This document shows, one piece after another, positions 60,040-64,000 of a stretch of 64,000 nt of DNA. Under the pieces are notes generated by a model that made no database searches, was not told the DNA's origin, and saw only the letters and a list, made by a program, of their open reading frames with translations. Source of the stretch: Hydrolagus colliei (taxonomy: Eukaryota). Position numbers and translations under genes: made by a program. Within the stretch, counting starts at the first letter, position 1; each line of letters opens with the position of its first letter. Where the stretch lies: contig CM068745.1 of assembly GCA_035084275.1 (NCBI GenBank), positions 82,770,001-82,834,000 of the forward strand, in the 5' to 3' direction.

Positions 60040-62176
60040 TATATGTGACAAGTCCTGCTTAAAATTAGCTGCATGTTACTTGGATAATAGAATGCCACTG
60101 ATTAAATTGTGTAAAGGTTCAGCACCTAGTCCATTGCTGGGGCTTGGGAAAGAATGAATGGTAATTAGAATGCCTTATTATTGCATGTACATTTATATTG
60201 GGGTTGGGAAAGACTTCTTCACAATTTCTTGTAAATTGAATAGGGTTTCTTATCAATTACTGGGACAATGTTGGCTACATCGCTAGAAGTGCTTGCAACC
60301 AAGGGTATCCTTCCTTAGCTGGAGGGAGTTGCAGTGTAAGCCTGAAGAGAAAAAAAACTAAATCGCAAGCAAATTTTTGTAAGGTATCGTTTTTTTTAAT
60401 CTTTAAAAATGTTTCAGTTCTATGTTCATGGCTTGAATCGGAGCCTTAATAGGTGAACAAATGGTTCTACAAGTGATGTAATACAATGTATCATACACCT
60501 TTTTAATATATTTGTAGTTTTTATTATTTTTATTTTTTCATTTTGTTCTGTGCAGCATCTTCCTTAGCTGGACCTGAATTATGTAAGTGTATACAGACTA
60601 CCTTAATGGCTAGATAGGAGTCAGTCACATAGAGCATCCATCCTGTGTTCTCTGCATTCCCAGTACCCGTTCTGCATAGATTTAGCAAACCCATTCAGCT
60701 ATAGTTTTATTATCCTCCCGAATTTTATTGTTTTAAAAGGGAAAGTAGTGCTCCACAACATTTTGCTGTGTACAATTGCTGCTTGTTAAGAGAATGTCTG
60801 CACACATACAATATGTCTAAATATATACTATAAAAAATGTTTTACTTGGACACGGTGAATTCACTTGTAAATTCCTGGAAGTTAAGCATAAAATAACATT
60901 AAATAAAAATGAATATAAGTGAATATAAAGCCTTGAAGCTGGCATTGAAGCCAAGCGTCTGAATAGCAAGATTAATTTGGTTCATTGAAATGCTCATTAC
61001 ATTTTGTGATGTTTGGAGGCAGAATATTCCGTTTTTCACTCTTTTAAAACTGGATCTCTATTTGGAAGCTTGATGCCACTGCCTGCTTTTAATTATGATC
61101 ACAGTTATATTGAAGAATTGAAGGAATATTTCAGAATTTCTTTTAAATTACATTGGAAACATAATATTTATGAGTCATTTGGGAATATTTTAAATGTCCA
61201 GCCACTCCATATATTTGCTTTTCCTCACTGCCTGGTTACAAAATAAATGTAGATACCTGTGGGTTTGATTCTGGTGTAGCTTCTCTTTAAGAAGATTTGT
61301 GAAGTGGAAAGGAAAACAGATGTTGTCAATTCACCCTGCATGGTAAAGCTGAACATGATTAGTGGAAGATCCATCACGATCCCAATGAATCATATTTTAC
61401 TCTTGCTTGCTGATTTCCGTGTGAATAGGGAAATGTTCTTTGGAGAGCTGGATCAATGTGCAACATTATTGCTCCTTGAAATCACAGCTTAACCTGTCCA
61501 AAACTGACTGTTTTTGTTTTATAAAACAAAAGGTTCTGTTTTGAAGTTCAAGACTGTTCTTTGGTGCTGCACTGTGGTTGTACAGTACAGTCCTTTGGGT
61601 TACACAGTGATTAAGTGAGTGTTATATCTGGCTGGCTTTGGACCCTGCATTCCATCTATTATTATATACTTTATTCAAAGCTCCTATTCTTGGAATGGCA
61701 TGATTTTAATTAATGGTAAAGCGCAACTTCTTACCACCAAGACAAACAGAGTTTCAATCTTGCTCTATTTAGTTCCTAATCCAAGCAACAGTAGAGGGTC
61801 AGGTCCAAGCCTGAGCTCTCCCACGTGGGTTACAAGGGGGGTATTTGCACCATCTTGGGAGTAGGGTACTTGTGATTCATTTGCCCAAGGGACAATTTTA
61901 GATGTAAACGGTGATTGTCTATTTAATTGTGGAGAGCACTGTGGAGAGGTACTGAGTCCAATCTTGTCTAAATGTGTACTTTGTAGCAACCACCTCTGGG
62001 ATAATCATCAGAAGCCCTTGTTACTTATATTTGCTTTTAAAAGTGTCCCAATTGCTACTATGGCCTCTTGTCATCTTGTTTACAGATACAGTCACAAAAC
62101 TACACAGAACCCTCTTAGGTGCATTGAAAAGACAGCCACAAAACATATTATTTGTAGACAAACACTGACTTTTTAA

Positions 62177-62314
<138 letters not shown>

Positions 62315-62518
62315 TAAAATAGTATTTTACTGCAATTAAACATTTTTTATTAAAATGCAGAAGCTACTATATAAGATAGCAGGACAAATTATATTGATTC
62401 ACTTATTATACAGTTGTTCTGCTCCTGATACTCAACTCAGTTTGCTAATTTTAAGTTTGGTTATCATTCTATAGAATATTTTGTAAATTAAATCCTCAAT
62501 TTGTAGAGTTTAGTTTAG

Positions 62519-62800
<282 letters not shown>

Positions 62801-63591
62801 TAGTTATCTGGAAGATGTATATGATCACACAATAGGACAGTGTAGAATCTCAGAGAGGAAATTCATTTGCACGTTAATTAGTATTTTATGCTTATTGCAT
62901 GTTTCTGCCCATTAACTGAAGACTTGAGGATTTTGATTTTCTGAATTTAACATTAATTAGCACAATGCCCTATCAACTCTAGGACCTGATCCAAATTTTA
63001 CTCTGGTGCTGTGGTTGAATCTCTTCTTTGTCAAAAGAGGTAATGCATGATAAGTCTATTAGAACAGCTTTGTTAATGCTTATTGAAGTAGACATGTACA
63101 AAGGTTTAAGTCAAAGTCTAATAAATGGGTTTAATGTCTAGTCTGTTAAGCTTTATTTTGGTTGATTTGAATCATGTTGCTGGAAAAGTTGTCCTTGCTG
63201 GAGCTGTGATCTCGATTCCATTCCCCATAATGAGTAGGGCAGAAGTGAATCTTTTGTTCCCAGTTGATTAAAGCATCTAAAGCAGCACATCAAGTGCTTG
63301 GTGTTATTGACAACAAGGGCATTTAATTTCCACTGGGAGTGGAATGGAATAGAGTGGAATTCTAGCAATTCTTTGTTTGGGCATTAAATTCATCAAAACC
63401 AGTTTTGAAAATGGCACAATTCCAAAAAATCACATTTCTTTTACCATATAATGAAAAAATCAAAAGCTGTGTTTCCTTTGTAAAATTCTTCACCATATTA
63501 GGAATGACTTCATGCCTATTTTCAGGCATGACTTCATGCCTATTTTCAGCTACGCATTCAGAGACAATTGGCAAATAGATCAAAATCTTGA

Positions 63592-63828
<237 letters not shown>

Positions 63829-64000
63829 TAACATTATAGCAGTACTGCACAACTTGTCATTATGAGCACTGGTGAGCAAGCTTCCTCTGCTTATCCAGCC
63901 TCAACCACCTTCGTTTAGGGCTTCGACTTGCAGAGCGAACAAAACCCAAGTGGAAAGAATTTCTGCTTCCGGTATCTGCCCTCCCAACTCCAATTAGCCG

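Overview
Eukaryotic (vertebrate) genomic DNA with five N gaps. The repeat landscape (young CR1 and L2 LINEs, a very abundant tRNA-derived SINE with an L2-type tail, Penelope-type hairpins) suggests a cartilaginous fish, probably a chimaera; this is inference. Gene order: last two coding exons of TRIM45 (+, 218-1879), then three immunoglobulin-superfamily genes reconstructed here by hand from splice sites and phases, then eight internal exons of MAN1A2 (+, 37841-63813). Gene A (+, 4348-12533) is leader / germline-joined VJ domain / stalk / TM with Arg / tail with YxxL, resembling NKp30 and antigen receptors. Gene B (-, 20906-13145) is split leader / single B7-type IgV / stalk / TM, convergent with gene A. 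Gene C (-, 29338 to about 22930) is a true C1 domain plus a TM with Arg and Glu; no leader or V exon is visible. The three genes occupy the position held by VTCN1 (B7-H4) in the human TRIM45-VTCN1-MAN1A2 block. This compact cluster of a non-rearranging receptor and a candidate B7 ligand is the most interesting signal. The 5' ends of both gene C and MAN1A2 are missing and point into the gapped 29.3-37.8 kb interval, so the assembly may have collapsed there. Most ORFs in the supplied track are repeat, low-complexity or gap artefacts. Novelty relative to existing annotation cannot be checked without a database search.
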